Under the pieces are notes generated by a model. It did not search any database. It saw nothing but the letters and a program-made list of their open reading frames with translations, and was not told the origin of the DNA. DNA of 64,000 nucleotides from Microbotryum violaceum. Lineage: Eukaryota. The position numbers were made by a program, and so were the translations under genes. Location: NCBI GenBank assembly GCA_001244265.2, contig CDLV01000010.1, positions 1,364,001-1,428,000 of the forward strand, in the 5' to 3' direction. Within the stretch, counting starts at the first letter, position 1; every line of letters begins with the position of its first letter. Of this stretch, positions 24,627 to 42,465 are shown in pieces.

Positions 24627-26309
24627 ATTGTAACGAGGTGACATTCTGGACGATATTCGGGTTGCAGAAAGAAAAGAGAGACGCGAGCTACAAAATTGGG
24701 CAACTATGTCAGAGGAGACGATGCAAGCCAGAAGATGTGTTGGAGAGGCAAAGCTGGTGTAGGCCGTGCTTGGTCTGTCAAAAGTAGTCATCGCAGATGG
24801 TCGAGCTTGAGAGCTTGAGAGCCGAGAGCGAGTCACTTTCCCCAGCGCACGCGCGCCCCCCCCTCCCCCCCAATTTTCGTTGAATAAACCTTCAGCTCTA
24901 AAGAGCTTCGGGCACTTTAAAATAAAATTTGGAAACATCAGACCTTTCGATTACTGGGTATAGCTTGATTAACGAAGTCGTGTCAGTCCTTGTCATGCAT
25001 CTTGCGCTGTTGACCGCCCCGGGATATGGGACCCGTGGGGTCCTGGCTACCACGCGCACGCCCTGTCCGCACGAGCCTGAAGTGCGCGACAAGCGGTGCC
25101 ACCTTATCGTGCACGGGCCGGCACGACTTGCCGCGAGCTGACGCGTCCTCAGAGGCTGTCGCGTCTTCGTTGGCGAGCTCCGCCGGCCGTGCTCACGAAT
25201 TTTGTCTTCGCTCCCCAAACTTGCTCCTGCTGCTTCACTTGCTCGACCAGCATAGATTCTATACCACACCTACCATTAGGTTTGATCAAACATGTGAGCT
25301 CTTGTATCTCTATCTCTGCCCGCGTATCTCGGTGCCGGAAGAGCAGGCGTTCGAATCGACCACTCGACCTGCTGTTGAGGCCCATCTAGCTCTACCTGGC
25401 CGCCGGTGCTCGGTGTTTTCCTGGAGGAGTTACAGCCTAGTAAAGGCCAAAGGCCCGATCGGCGATCGAGCACTCTTGCCTTGCTGTCCCGCTGATTTCT
25501 TCGTTGTATCTTTGTAGACATCTGAAGCCAACGTGTAAGTCTGGCCTACCTTTGCTGTCTCACTGCACCGTATGCCGACTAGTACTACCACGCCTCGGCG
25601 TCCTATGGCTACTTGACTGGCTCTCGGAGGCAGCCGTGTGCAAGATTTGCTCACAGTGTTCTTCGCGTGCATCTCGGATGCAGTTGACATTTCAAACACC
25701 GTGCTTAGACAAGGCTACCCTGCCGGAGTTTTTTCGTTGGCCTCCACTGTCCAGATCATGTCTATGGTCAGCAACGCCGTGCATGTAAGATGACCTTGTC
25801 TCCATTTGCAGTCGCCATAGCACGCTAACGCAAGCTCATCGGCCAGTCCGGGAAGAACGACTTGAGGGAGGACACAGCAAGAGTCTTGGAGATACACGAA
25901 TTGAAGAATGAAATGAATAATTTTTTTGCTCTCATGTCGGAAAGGAGCGAGGAAGATTACGACGAAAAGAAGAGGTAAAGAGAGAGGATGGTCTGAGTTG
26001 GACACGGGACACCTCGTTGTTGACTCGTACAGGGGCAAACGGGTTGAATCGGAGCCAGTAGACAGGTCTTTCCCTTCTCATGTCCAACGCTATGCTCTCG
26101 ACTACTCGATTCTCCCTCTCGGCTCTCAACCTCGGCCACCTGCGCTTACTACTTTCGGCAGATCAAGCACGGCCTACTCCATCATCGCCGCTCCAGGCCA
26201 TCTCCTGGCTTCCACCGTCTCCTCTAGCATAGCTGCGCAATTTTGTAGCTCGCTTCTCTCTTTCCTTTCTGCGACCCAGAGCTCGTCAAAAAGGCATATC
26301 GTTACAGTT
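24627..26309. repeat. Diverged ~200-bp inverted repeats (24627-24832 and 26110-26309) enclosing copy 3 of the dispersed family (25110-25520)
   Basis: gcagaaagaaaagagagacgcgagctacaaaattg pairs with caattttgtagctcgcttctctctttcctttctgc. Confidence 0.85.
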
Positions 26310-27193
26310 AACCCTCGTCCTCGTTTCGAGAGACAACAATAATCAGAGACGGTATAGATCCTCTGAGTGCATCATAGAAAGTTGGGCGGAAGTCAGTCGA
26401 TTGGGGCAACGAGGCCCGAGTTGCGTACTGCCGCTGGAGCTCGAATACACCGTTGGCCGCCCCAGGGAAAGCCCTTACCCTCATCTCTATAGCTCCCATG
26501 ACGACCAAATACTGCTTCCAATAGCGAGCATCAACAAGAACCAGAACATAAGCGTCTTGGTCTCCCTTGTGGACTGCGCTCACGGAAAAGCACAAGACGG
26601 TCGTCAGCATAGCAACAAAAAAAAACCTGAAATGGGAGATTTAAGCAAAACCATTCAACATTCGACGTGGGATTGATCATGGAACTCTATATGATATTGA
26701 ACTCGGGTACAACTTCGAGTCAGACCCGAACCGACTCGGGAGACCGAATCGATTCCGAGAATCACTGGAAACCCTCTTGGAAGGATGGTTTGCGCAGCAG
26801 GCCGCCAGCAGCGGTGGGAGTCTTTATCGATCTCTGCAAAGCGTGCTGCTTCCACCACTGGCGAAAAATATCACTCGGGACTACTCGTGGTACATTGGAG
26901 TCAGTCGAGGTCAGTAGTACAGCTAAAACTCTGAGATGGGTACAGTTTTGTCACATGAGCCAGCGCGTGCAACCCGGTTTGAAACTTATTCCCAACTTTA
27001 GAACGCCGTTTCGGTTGTCCTTCTTGAATGCAATTACAAAGAGAGAGAAATGTATCAACCCAAACCAACGCGCACGCACACACACGCATATCTCCCCATC
27101 CGTTCCACAGCGCCTTGATCGTCGTGTTGCCGTCTCGTATCCGGCGGACGTCTGCCCCTCCTCTGGTCACCAACCCATCTCTTGCGCCTTGCT

Positions 27194-27862
27194 CTACGAC
27201 TTGGTGTATGAAGGCTGTCAATATAGAGCAACCTTCAAAATCAGATCATTCCTTCGACTGCTTTGCCCATTCTCGAGAGATCAAGACGACTGACCGTCTC
27301 GCCGGCCGCGGCCATCTTGGCCTTCGCTTCCTTGCGTGCCCATTCTTCCAGACTGTCATCACCCAAATATTCGATCAAGAATCAGGCCATGGACGCGTCA
27401 AAAAGCGTCATGCGCAGCGTATTTGGTGCTTACCTCGTATCAGGTTGGTAGAACTTGAGCACGGCCGCGAGGGCGATTCCACCTCCGAAACCCCAGTAAA
27501 AGATCAACTCCCAATCCTCTCGTACACGTTTTTGACCTGTGGATATAGGAAGCCAAGCAATGTTGGGAGTTAGTACGGGGGGTTTATCGCTGTCCTTTCC
27601 GGGCTCCTCTCCGCGGTTGCTCAGTTGGCGTTGACCTGCCTTTGGCGGGTGGCTGAGGAGGTACGAAATTCAGTGCAAAGTCAGCATCCTCTCGTGAGTA
27701 GCACCAAGGGTAAGGAGGCATCATTCGCACCTTCTCGCCAAAGAGATACCCGGTCGGCGGGTTGTACTGTTGCCCCCCCGAAGCGGATCGGGTGCCCATC
27801 ATGGCCTTTGGTGTAGAGCGCAACATGGGTGTCAGAGCCCGGGTCATCAACAGGCGTGACAT
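27194..27862 (-). CDS. NDUFB11: Complex I accessory subunit NDUFB11/ESSS, multi-exon
   Basis: Mitochondrial presequence; YNPPTGYLFGEK|PPAK|GQKRVREDWELIFYWGF...YQPDTS LEEWARKEAKAKM. Confidence 0.85.
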
Positions 27863-28132
27863 GGTTGAGGTGCTGTGGGGTGCTGTGTGATGTGGTGGGT
27901 GTAAGGAGGTGAGGTGCCGAGGCGCGACCGTGCGGATAGGCGGGGTGCGAGAGCGGAGGGCATTACCGGGCATTACATTACAACTCGGCAAAGCAGCCAA
28001 AGTGATCGCGCATTTGTAATGCTCAATTCGAACGGGCGTTCGCAAGCGCTCAGGCTGTCGGACAAGTCCCCGAGCACTGCAGTCGGCTCTTGCACCTCCT
28101 CCTACCCACAACACTCCACCCTTACTGCGAAC

Positions 28133-30035
28133 ATGACCTCGCTCCAACCCGAGGACGTACCCGTCGAACAATGGCGACCGATTGGTGAAGCCGTCGGTGC
28201 AGGGGATCTACCTGGTCAGTCGGCTGACTCTGGCTGCCTTCGCCACACCCGAGACGACCTGCAGGAGCTGATCATCCCAGTGTATGTGCCCTGTCATGCC
28301 AGTCGATGTGATTGAATCGTTGTGCTACGAATGCCACGAGCAGGTCAGTCATACCTCATCCAGTCTAGCCGTCTAGCCTTCGGTCGGCTTCGTTCTCCCC
28401 CGTTCGCTGACCTCATCCTCTTCATTTCGTCATGGCTCGCTTTCGCACGGGACAGGGTATCACTCGCATGCTCTTGACCGTGATCCCCTACTTCAAGGAA
28501 GTGATTGTCTGTTCATTCCGATGCGAGCACTGCGGTCAGTCTACAGTAAACACACACCCTGGCTCTGCTACACTTTCTTAAAATTCTGCGCCTCCTTCAT
28601 CCCCTGTAGGCTACACGAACAACGATATTCAATCCGCCGGCGAGATCCAACCCCTAGGCTCAGTCTACACCGTCAAGATCACGACCCGCGCCGACCTCGA
28701 TCGCCAACTCGTCAAATCGCCTTCATGCGTCATCACCATCCCGGAATACCAACTGCAAATTCCTGCGGGCAGGGGACAGTTCACCACCGTCGAAGGCGTG
28801 ATTGCGGATACGATTCGTGATTTGGGTCACGATCAACCGGTTCGCAAGATTCAACACCCCGAGGTGTACGAAAAGATTCAGACCTGGTTGACGAGGTTGA
28901 AGATGATCGTGGATCCTGAAGAGGAAGAGGAAGAGGTGCAGGGGACGGGCCAAGTCAAGGTCAAGGCCAAGAAGATCGATCGACCCATGCCCGTCTTTAC
29001 GATCAAACTCGACGACCCGGCAGGCAACTCTTTCATCGAGACGCAAGGAGGGTTGACCGACCCCAAGTGGTCCAAGAGGGAGTATCAACGAGATGCAGCG
29101 CAGAACGAATCGCTCGGACTCGCACCCGACGATCCGGACTCCATTTCCAAGACCCACGATGGAAAGGCGACGAGTCATTATCCCGAAGAGGTGTTGAGCT
29201 TCCCCGGGACGTGCACTTTGTGTGGGAGTGAGATGGAGACCTTGATGAAGACGGTCAACATCCCTCATTTCAAGGTGGGTCCTAGGCCCGTATAGCGTGC
29301 AGGTCGAACGAAAACCGCAAACTGACGCCCGACTTGCTTTCCCTCAGGACATCATTATCATGTCGAGCAATTGCCACGACTGTGGCTACCGGGACAACGA
29401 GGTCAAGTCCGGTGGTGCGACGGCCGACAAGGGACGCAAGATCACGCTCAAGGTCGACGATGCCGATGATCTAAGTCGGGATATCCTAAAGGTCAGTTAA
29501 GCGGACGCCCTTTCACCCCTTCATCGGCTCTTGTCCGATCTTGACACCCTCCGTTCTTCACTCCCAGTCCGATACGGCCGGTTTAGAAATCCCCGAGATC
29601 GATCTCGAATTGAACCCGGGGACATTAGGAGGGCGATTCACGTCGTTGGAAGGTCTCTTACGACAAGTGTACGAGGAGCTGGACGAGAAGGTTTTCGCAA
29701 GGGGGGACGCGGCGGTCGTAGGGGAGACGGATCAGATGAAGAATTTTTTGGGGCAGTTGAAGTTGGTACGTGCGATTTGATTATCGAGTGTTCGGCATAC
29801 TGACGTTGACAGCTGTTGAGGATCTTGTCGCGAACAGGTGATGGAAGCGCGCATGCAATTCACCGTCATACTCGACGACCCCTTGTCCAACTCGTACATT
29901 CAAAATCTTTACGCACCAGACGACGATCCGAATATGACAGTGGAGATCTACGAACGCACGTACGAACAAAATGAAGAGTTGGGTTTGAACGATATGAAGA
30001 CGGAGGATTATGGGCATGTTGAGGTGGAGGAATGA
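28133..30035 (+). CDS. ZPR1: Zinc finger protein ZPR1, multi-exon
   Basis: [10 protein letters not shown]...[18 protein letters not shown]; second finger CTLC...[49 protein letters not shown]. Confidence 0.95.
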
Positions 30036-30127
30036 GGGGAGGGCGTGCCAGCGTGGAGGGATGTAGAATTGGGGGTAGAAGATGGTGGATGTACTTTTTA
30101 GCGCTTTACCTTCCTTTATCTCTGTGA

Positions 30128-30322
30128 ACGCGAGGAGGGATGGTCGTGAACGATGAAGCGCGATTTTGAAAGTTCCCTTTGACATCCCCCTGTTTCAGAT
30201 CGATTGTTTGGGGGGGACCAAAAAAAGGATCGACGCCTCACCCCGTCCCGTCCGCGCGGGTTTTTTTTTTTTTTTTTTTTTTTCTCGATCGCTAATGGAT
30301 CCTTCCGCGCGAGAGGCCGCGC
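30128..30322. promoter_or_regulatory. Cluster of CGCG (MCB-like) cores upstream of RNR2
   Basis: acgcga, gcgcga, ccgcgcgg, ccgcgcga and ccgcgc lie within ~200 bp of the ATG. RNR genes are classic MBF targets in yeasts. Confidence 0.3.
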
Positions 30323-30397
30323 TGCTCGTCATTTACTCCTTTCGGGTCCGCCTTCCCTTTCACTTCAACTTTGCAGCGCCCCTCGCCCCCTAGTACG

Positions 30398-32319
30398 ATG
30401 ATTATAGCCTCGACGTATACGTACGATACGCCACCTCATACACCACCACGGAAGGGGACATGGCAGCACTCGACATCGTCATCGTCACCAGCGCCGTTCG
30501 AAGGCGAACCCGATCAGGAAGGGACGCCACTCGAGGAGGCGCACCTCGCTGCGACCTCCGCGGGTGGTCAGAGGTACCCTTTGACCCCTTCGCCTACACC
30601 ACCTAGAAAGAGAAAAGCGAAGGGGAAGGGGAAGGAAATCAGAGCGAGTGCGGAGCGCTTGGCAGAGTTGCAGAGGTTAAGTTTGGAGGATCAAGAGCGG
30701 GAAGGGGCAGATCGGGATCAGGCGGAGGAAGGTGAGCGAGACCAGGAGCGCAAGTTGACCAAAAAAGATGACGAGGACGAACCCTTGTTGGCGTGAGTTG
30801 ATTGCAGAGCGGTGCTTGGGTTTGGGAGTGGGGTGACTGATGGCAGGCGTGTTCCGATCGGATCGACAGTGCTTCGTCGTCGCGCTTCGTACTCTTCCCC
30901 ATACAGTACCATGAGGTCAGTCTAGGACGACATGCTCTCTATGAACAACAAGACGTACTTACTCATATACACACTCGTCACCCCAGATTTGGGCCATGTA
31001 CAAACAAGCCCAAGCGTCCTTTTGGTCCGCCGAAGAGATCGACCTCGGCAGCGACCTCCACGACTGGCACCACAAGCTCAACAACGACGAACGCTACTTT
31101 ATCGCCCACGTGCTCGCCTTCTTCGCCGCTTCGGATGGGGTCGTGAATGAGAACTTGGTTGAGAGGTTCTCAAGTGAGGTGCAGTTCGCCGAGGCGAGGT
31201 GCTTTTATGGCTTTCAGATCATGATGTCAGTTCAAAGCAAAGATAAACGTTTTTCGGAGAGAGTAGCATCGCTGATCTGGATGCTGATTTGTTCAAATAG
31301 GGAGAATGTCCACTCGGAAGTGTACTCGTTGTTGATCGACACATACATCCGGGACCCTGTCGAGAGGCAACATTTGTTCCATGCGATCGAAACCGGTCAG
31401 TCTTCTCACCTCCCTCGGACAGCGTTCTCGGAGTGCATGAGAGCGATTGGGCTGACTTGACCCTCATAATTGCGAATCAACAGTGCCTTGCATCAAGAAA
31501 AAGGCAGATTGGGCATTACGATGGATCGAGGACCAGGAATCAACCTTTGCTGAACGCTTGATCGCGTTCGCTTGCGTCGAGGGCATCTTCTTTTCGGGTG
31601 GGTCCAAGCAAGACAAAGTCAATCTTCCCTCTACCAATCAGAGAGTTGACCGACCCTTCCTTCCATTCAACTCAGGCTCCTTCGCCTCCATCTTTTGGCT
31701 CAAAAAACGAGGCCTCATGCCTGGCCTCTCTTTCTCCAACGAGCTCATATCCCGCGACGAAGGTCTTCATACCGAATTCGCCGTCCTCTTGTTCAGTCAT
31801 TTGAACAAGAGACCAGGTCAAGGATTGGTGCATCGGATCGTGAAGGAGGCGGTCGATATCGAGAAGGAGTTCTTGACCGAGGCTCTGCCTGTGGCGTTGA
31901 TTGGTATGAATTCGGGGTTGGCTTGCAAGTGAGTGTTCCGGCGGCGAGCAGAATGAGAGTTCGTTGGGTCAGCTACTGAATTTTTTGGAATGTAGGTACA
32001 TTGAATTCGTCGCCGACCGCTTGGTCGTCTCACTCGGATTCGATAAAATCTACGGCACGCCAAACTCACTCGACGTAAGTTCTCTCCTTCACGAAATCTT
32101 CTGCTCCCGGGTCAATAGACTGATCCTCCCCACGCCCACCCACGCCCCTCCACGATACAGTTTATGGAATCCATTTCGCTCGAACGCAAAGCCAATTTCT
32201 TCGAGAACCGCGTCTCGTCGTACCAATTGAGCGGGTTCGGCGGAAACCGAGAAGGGGCGGATGGGAGTTGGTCTTCGAGGAGGAAGGAACATGACTTTAG
32301 CACGGAGGCTGAGTTTTGA
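30398..32319 (+). CDS. RNR2: Ribonucleotide reductase small subunit (R2), multi-exon
   Basis: [59 protein letters not shown]-terminus FSTEAEF*. Confidence 0.97.
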
Positions 32320-32725
32320 TCAAGAGTTTAATTCGACTTGGTGTGGTCGCCTCGCAGCATTGTCAGCATCGTATCACCACTCGTTCGCTCGCAACCTCAT
32401 CTCCTCAGCTCGAGGCATCTGTTCCATTCTTCACGGTTTGTATCAACTTTCTATCAATCCCTACTCTCAACATGTCTGTCTGCACCACTCATTTCTCTCT
32501 CTCGACAATCCAAAGATGTATTATCTTCTATCTTTAGAGCATTTCTGCATTCCCTCCCACCTCACCATCTCCAATTCCTCACTCGCATCCCGTATCACCT
32601 AATAGCACAACTGTTGGCAATTCCAGAATCCCACTTCACTCATCTCTACCCGACGAAATCCAATCTAACCCAATTTCAATCCAACCCAATCTAATTGAAA
32701 AACATCGCTCCCTTTTACCGAAACT

Positions 32726-34762
32726 CTACATTCTCTTTTGCCGACTACTAGTCCCTTGCGCTTGACCCAACCTATACTCCCTCCTCGAAGCACTGACGTC
32801 GACCCCACCCATCTTGCCCCAACCCAAAAGTGGTACCACCAAACAAGTCAAATTATCCTCTGCGCCGACTTGCTCCGCAAAATCTACGATCCTCTTCGCC
32901 GCTTCGTGTGGATCTTTGACTCCACGTACGAGATCAACAATCTCTTGATCGGACATGACGTCCGTCACACCATCCGAAACGAGTACGAGGAAACTCCATT
33001 CGGCGGCTTTTAAAACGATCGAATGAACTTCCGGTTCACCTATCACTCCCAAAGTTTTAAATTCACCATCACCTAAACCTCGCGTATTCGCCAACGTTCC
33101 TCCCCAACGTGATTCACCGAATGAATCGGTGACGAGACCCGTTCCCGATTGACGCAACCGTTCGGATTCGATACGTGAGTCAGCGTGGTGGGTTTCTGTA
33201 AGAGCTTTGGCTCTACCTGAGGAAGAGGAAGCGAGGATCGCGCGCGTATCGCCTAAATGGGCGATGGTGAGACTGAGTTGTTGAGAGGCGTAAAAAGGTA
33301 GAGCGTGGGGGAGGTCGAGCGAATGTAATAAGGCTAGTGTAGCCACGGATCCAACTTTGGCTTTGGTCTTGTCCGCCAAGATCTCGTTATCGGTCATGAG
33401 GAACGTTAAAACGCACATATCGTCCAAACCCAATTTGAGTTCGTTCGATTCCACCGACGCAACAGCAGCCGCACTGACTGCAGTTGTCAATTCGACGGAA
33501 GGTGTTTTCGCTTTCGGATCGATCTCGATGATGTTGGATCCAGCGTTGGGTCGGAATCGATCTAGAATACCACCGCGGTATCGACGGAGATAACCTCCTA
33601 GTGCACGGTATTTGGATATGGTCGGCGTGATGTCGGATACGGAACAGTCTTCTAAACGTTTGGCGAGGTGGGCTTCGAGGTACTTGGCGACTTGGTTGCC
33701 GCCGTGGCTAAGGGAGGTGAAGGGGATGGGGGGTTTAGGTTTCGGGGAGGTTTTTGGGTCAGGGGTTGCGCAGCCTGTTAGCTTACCCATCGAATACTCC
33801 GAAGCAGGCGACTTGTCGTAACCGTTCTTGCCCTTCCTCGTTTTCCTTGGCGAATCCTTCCAACGTATCGTTATTCCAGCCCGCACCTGGGAAACAGTCA
33901 AAAATGAGCTGGATTAGGACTGCTCTCCACTCGATTTACTACGGTACCGAACTCGGTGACGGACCTTGTTTGACATTGATCAAATTCCTCTTGAGTGCGT
34001 GCTGCGGTAGACTCAACGAAGCGACCGAGTAGGCATCTTCTTGGTAGCTGATTCGTGAAAAAATAACAGATATGATATGACGTGAGTACCGGGGCTTGAG
34101 GTGGTCGACGTCCTGACGGGGCTTCTCGGTGGGTCAGAGTGAGATTGAGGACGTACGGCCTTTCTCCTCGGGATTGGGCGATGCCGATCGTGTGCTTGTT
34201 TTTCTGATGACGGTGAAGGAGGAGGGGAGGCGAAGAGAAGTTGATCAGCTCATGAGAGATGAAGGACAGGGTTTGCTGCTCCAATGAGAGCATGCGCATG
34301 GTCGAGGTTAGTAGAAGCCGGGACGTGGGAGGCGAGCTCTGGTCTCGCGAAGGGGGCTCGTCGAGTGCCGCCACCGTGTACGTTCGACCGGGACCGGATT
34401 GTTCTGGATGTACGATTTGTACCGACCTTGCACCCCGCGAAGCCCACGCCACCTTTCACGCCTCGGGATGTCCGTTTCATCTCATGTGTCCCGTCGCGCA
34501 AGACTTTTCTCCGACTCACAAGGTCGACCTTGATATTCCCATTCGCGGTCCTAAACTGTTGGACCGTACTCAAACGCCTACTCGAAACGGGGCTGGGTGT
34601 ACTCCCGAACGCGGTCGCTGTTACGGTGGGTGGGCCGCTCGTCCATAGTGGGGAAGCGAGCGCGGTCGTGACAGAGTGGGGAGAAACGACAGATCGTCGT
34701 GCTCGTGTTCGTGTTCGAGGGGGGACGAGTACGAGTTGGGTAGGCTCACATCTGCATCGCAT
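32726..34762 (-). CDS. PP2C-family protein phosphatase (Ptc6-like); start codon uncertain
   Basis: IGIAQSRGERP, FGVFDG|HGG, AHLGDTRAIL, LANTRGLGD, LVSDGVTD, AEDNLT. Confidence 0.85.
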
Positions 34763-35111
34763 CGTTCTTGGAATGAGGGCGTCAATCACGGGACCATGTG
34801 AACACCTGCAATGTGTGCGTGTTGGGGCATGAATCTTCGGGGAAGCTGGGCAAACCACGAAAAGGAAGGATGGCGCCCGGTCCGGGTCGGTCCGGAGTTT
34901 GTAATGAGCAAATTGGATCATAGACCAGTGACGCGCTGTTTTCGACACCAAACACCTTGCCCTTGCCGTATCTCCTACGTACACTCGCACGTCTTGCCAC
35001 ACATCCCGATCACGTAAGAGACCCTTTCAAAGTAGTCTGCATTTTACTGCAAGCTGACACCCTGATTCGAGTACAGTACAGCCTCTCTCTTCTGTAGACC
35101 GAACGTTGACG

Positions 35112-35613
35112 ATGAGCTCGACGACGTTGCCGTTGGAACTGATCGACAAGGCGATCGGGTCCAAGATCTGGGTCATCATGAAGACAGGTTAGAGATCTCT
35201 TTCGACGTATCGAGTGTCGGAGCTGATCGGTTGACTCTGCTCGGGTGGGGACGATGATAGAACGAGAGTTTACGGGCACTTTATTGGGCTTTGATGATTA
35301 CGTTAGTGAGTGCACCGGCACCACTTGAGGGAGAAGGCCACTCAAGACTGATCATCGTGGTAACAGACATGGTTCTGGACGATGTTACCGAATAGTACGC
35401 TCCCCCAGGAATCGCTTCACCTCACCCACCCTCTGGCACCCACCCAATTCCGTGCTAATTAATTGCTCTGTCTTTGATCACAACAGTGAAACCACACCAA
35501 CAGGCGAACGCATCGCGACCAAATTGACCGGATCGACCTTGTTGAACGGCAACAACGTGTGCATGCTCGTGCCGGGGTCGGGTCCAGAGGATGCGACAGA
35601 ATCCTCCGCTTGA
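35112..35613 (+). CDS. LSM5: Sm-like protein LSm5, four exons
   Basis: LPLELIDKAIGSKIWVIMKT|EREFTGTLLGFDDYV|NMVLDDVTEY|...LLNGNNVCMLVPG. Confidence 0.95.
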
Positions 35614-36018
35614 ATACGAACGGTAGGGGACGGGGAGGATGGGGTGTAAAGTGTATGAAGAAAAACAAAAACATGTAACAATTCAATAAAAAAAACCCTG
35701 TGAACTCGTGATCGAGTTTGATACCTCGCGCTATGAAAAAAGCGGCACAAATTCACCGAGATGGCCCCGACGCCTAATAATAATTAGCGCGTGATCGGGA
35801 CAGTCCAAGGCGCGGTTGCGAAGCCACGCTCAGCTCCACTCTCCCTCGCTTTCATCGTCAGCAACTCGGCACAAAACCAAGTCCAACCTCAGATCACACA
35901 AAACCCGCCTCCAGTCCCACCCACCCAGCCCAAGCCTCTGCAACATCAGCAGATCCCGATCCCCGATCCAAGCCCCGCTGCAAAGTCGCGCCCGCTCCCG
36001 CTCTCGCTCTGCTCCACG

Positions 36019-38194
<2,176 letters not shown>

Positions 38195-38315
38195 ATGCGT
38201 GTTTCTGGATGTGTTCGTTTCGGAAGGCTTCTGTTGTAATTCTTCCATGTTCTGCCAAGCCTTGCTTCATCTGGATCTACATCAGCGTGGGTGAACTACT
38301 GGCTCCTACAGAAGA

Positions 38316-40382
<2,067 letters not shown>

Positions 40383-40900
40383 GGCCGCACGTCGCAGTGA
40401 TAAAGTCAGGAAACAAATGTCCCCCCGGGCACGGCGGCCGCCTGACTTGTCGAGAGTTGGCGAGACTCTGCGAGACTTGGCGTGTCGCGCTCTGCAGTCT
40501 TGGGGGCCTTTGTGGGAGCGCCTGTACTAAAGATAAAGGGCGATTTGAAGTCGCGCCGCGAGTGTCGAGGACTGTCGAGGTGGAGCCGCTCGACTGGGGG
40601 GTACTAAGCGCGCCCTGGTAATGGGCCGGACTAAATGGTCCGCTACAGCTTAGCCCAGCTTATATCGAGCTCAGCAGTAGGTTCTTCTTCCCCAACCAGC
40701 TTTCATGTAATTGAGGCTAGCACTAGTGGCCTCCACTTGTGACAGCCAGAATAACTCTCTTTGCGGGCTAGAAGAAAATCGCGAAAATCACCTCCTATCG
40801 GGGCAGGGCCGCTCCCGCTCGATCGGTATAACCTCATACTGCCGGTTGCTTTACATAATGTTTTTCTTACAGGAAGAGATTGCACGGGTAGGTACCCTCG

Positions 40901-42465
40901 CTAGATACCGTTACCGGCGGTGACCTGGAACAGCAGCCATCAAACAGCCACATCATTAGTTCCGCGCACGGGTGGAACGAACTGGAACGAGAGTGGTCGG
41001 CGACTCAAGACACTCACTTCAAGTGTGTGACCCGTGACGTACGAAGCCAAGGGGGAGATGAGGAAAAGGACACCGTTCGCTGCCTCTTGGGCCGTTCCGG
41101 GTCGACCAAGAGGAATCCTGCGAAAGGAGTTGGGAGGGAGGTCGTCAGGGGCCGAATTCTCTTTAGGAGATCGATTTCACTCAGACGCACCCCGGAACCG
41201 GCCCTTCTTGCTTCTTGCCGCCAGTCGGGATACCGAGGGCAATCTTTTGTCCGGCGACTTCAATCGTCTCGCCGAGTTCCTTAGCCTCTGCAGCAAAGAA
41301 GCGGCGGAACGAGCCCTGTTCAGCACTCCATGTCCTGTCTTGAGATCGAGTCTTTAGACTCACGGGTCAAGCGCGAGAGAATGTAGCCAAAGGCAACGGC
41401 GTTGCAGCGGACGTTAAACGCACCTGTGGGTTATGCAACATGGGCGATGTCAGCAGACGAGTGAGCTCTTCGAGGAGGCTAGAGGAATCACATACCCCAC
41501 TCCTTGGCAACGGTCTTGGTGAAGCCAAGAATACCGGACTTGGCCGTAGCGTAGTTGGTCTGGCCGACGTTGCCGTGGAGACCGGCGATCGATGAAATGT
41601 TGACGATGGATCGGTTGGTCGCAATGACCTTGGGGTCCTTGGCGCGCAGGTACGGGGCGGCCTCTCGGACGATGCGGAAGGGGGCCGAGAGGTGCACCTT
41701 GAGGATCAGCTCAAAAGCGTCGTTGGTCATGGTGTGGAGCATTTTGTCGAACGTGAAGCCAGCGTTGTTGACGATGTGGTTGATCTTGCCGTAAGCACTG
41801 AGGAGGCAAGGGGTTATCGTCCAAGAGGTCAGGTACCTCGTACTCGGTCTCGTGTCCTATCTCCCGAGTGGAACAGGACTCTGCACTCACTCGATCGTGG
41901 CCGTGATGAGCCTTTTGGGAAAGTCATCGGCAGTGACATCACCCCCAACGGCGATCGCATCCCCACCAGACGCCTTGATTTCGTCAACAACGATCTGCGC
42001 CTTCTCTGTAGAGGGTGTGATGGGATGATGACCAGTCACTTTTTTCAGCGGAGCGGTCGTTGCCGCGGAGATGTGGGCTGTGGACTGACTCTCGTCAAGA
42101 TCTGAAACGACAACCTTGGCACCCTCACGAGCAAAAGTCAAGGCGCATGCTTTACCGATACCTTGGGCGGCCTGGAGGGAGAAAACGCAAGCTGTCAGCG
42201 ATGGTGCCTCGAGGGAAGGGCTCGCTTGTGGGGTGTGTGCCAAGTGGAGCCGCGGCACTTCAGTTGTAGACGAGCGGTGATCACTCTGCCGCGCCGCGGA
42301 GAGACAACGAATATCGTAGACTACAATAGCGTCATCCAGATCTTGTAGTGCACGCGGGCTACTTACACCGGTGATGATGACCACCTCATCCTTCAAGAGA
42401 CCCTGAGGGTACGATCCCGAGATGGCTCCCGAGACTTGGGCGAGCCGTTGCTGAGGCGAAGACAT
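40901..42465 (-). CDS. Short-chain dehydrogenase/reductase (FabG-like), multi-exon
   Basis: [39 protein letters not shown] (YxxxK), [20 protein letters not shown]. Confidence 0.9.

Noticed and set aside
42421-42447. RLAQVSGAI as a peroxisomal PTS2 in the SDR
   Set aside because: The last two residues do not fit R-L-x5-H/Q-L.
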